Shown piece after piece: positions 45,356 through 45,806 of a stretch of DNA of 45,806 nucleotides. The notes below the pieces were generated by a model. That model was not told where the DNA came from. It searched no databases and was given only the letters and a program-made list of their open reading frames with translations. This stretch comes from a virus (lineage: Duplodnaviria; Caudoviricetes), in IMG/VR virus record IMGVR_UViG_3300033076_000548, positions 1-45,806 of that record, one strand, 5' to 3'. A program made the translations under genes and the position numbers. The stretch's first letter is position 1. Every line of letters starts with the position of its first letter.

Positions 45356-45806
45356 ATGCCAACCCTCTCAAAAACCCTTGCGTTTGGTGTGCTGTCTGCT
45401 GTAATAATGGTATCTACTCCATCCAAAGCTGAAGATAGTATTTGGCTTAACACTGGAGGATTTAGTAAGCATTTCAAGGACAATGGCAGGAATGAAACCA
45501 ACCTAGGGCTTGGTGTTGAGTATAGATTTCACGAAGATATAAGTATAATGGCAGGCTACCATAAAAATAGCCTGAGTCTCCGCACTCGCTACGCTGCACT
45601 AAACTATCAACCATTAAAAATTGGGTCTATCAAAGTGGGTGCTTCTGTAGGAGTGATGGATGGCTACCCACAAATGCATAATGGAGGTGGATTTTTCGCT
45701 GCTTTGCCCATGGCAACATATGAAACAAATGGATTTGGGGTTAATATTGGCATCATCCCCAATATTCCTTCTCAACATGTCGAGGGGGCTTTTGTAGCCC
45801 AAATCA
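45356..45806 (+). CDS. PagP-like outer-membrane beta-barrel protein, truncated by the window end; absent from the ORF track
   Basis: SD AAGGAG; signal peptide ending SKA|E; WLNTGGFSKH, NETNLGLGVEY, AGYHKNS; amphipathic strands. Confidence 0.7.
   Translation, partial: MPTLSKTLAFGVLSAVIMVSTPSKAEDSIWLNTGGFSKHFKDNGRNETNLGLGVEYRFHEDISIMAGYHKNSLSLRTRYAALNYQPLKIGSIKVGASVGVMDGYPQMHNGGGFFAALPMATYETNGFGVNIGIIPNIPSQHVEGAFVAQI

Noticed and set aside
1-45806. Terminal repeat or clean circular closure
   Set aside because: Only 4 nt (ATCA) are shared between the ends, and joining them does not give the beta-barrel ORF a plausible terminus, so some sequence is probably missing

Overview
Near-complete, circularly permuted genome of a tailed dsDNA phage with podovirus-like architecture. 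No integrase, repressor or RNA polymerase was recognised. The + strand from 720 to 19298 carries many small early ORFs and then a replication/nucleotide module: primase, DnaB-like helicase, dUTPase, a family A DNA polymerase split over two genes, a probable SSB, 5'-3' exonuclease, HNH nuclease, metallophosphoesterase, HD hydrolase and class II ribonucleotide reductase. The - strand from 19358 to 41990 is the virion module: terminase, portal, GroES, scaffold, capsid, P22-like tail proteins, tail spike, ejection proteins and lysozyme. The region 42000-43620 is non-coding control sequence with promoters, origin-like elements, a dense array of host-regulator-like sites, a candidate structured RNA and two tRNAs; early genes resume after it and the last ORF runs off the window end. 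The most striking signal is an in-frame CTT-TAG-CTT inside polymerase motif A, which is repaired only by skipping exactly 6 nt (a ribosome stop-hop signature). In addition, the helicase, the RNR and a portal-adjacent gene appear to start at ATT or ATA codons. The host is probably a GC-richer proteobacterium (inference). All family assignments come from motif recognition by eye, not from database searches.
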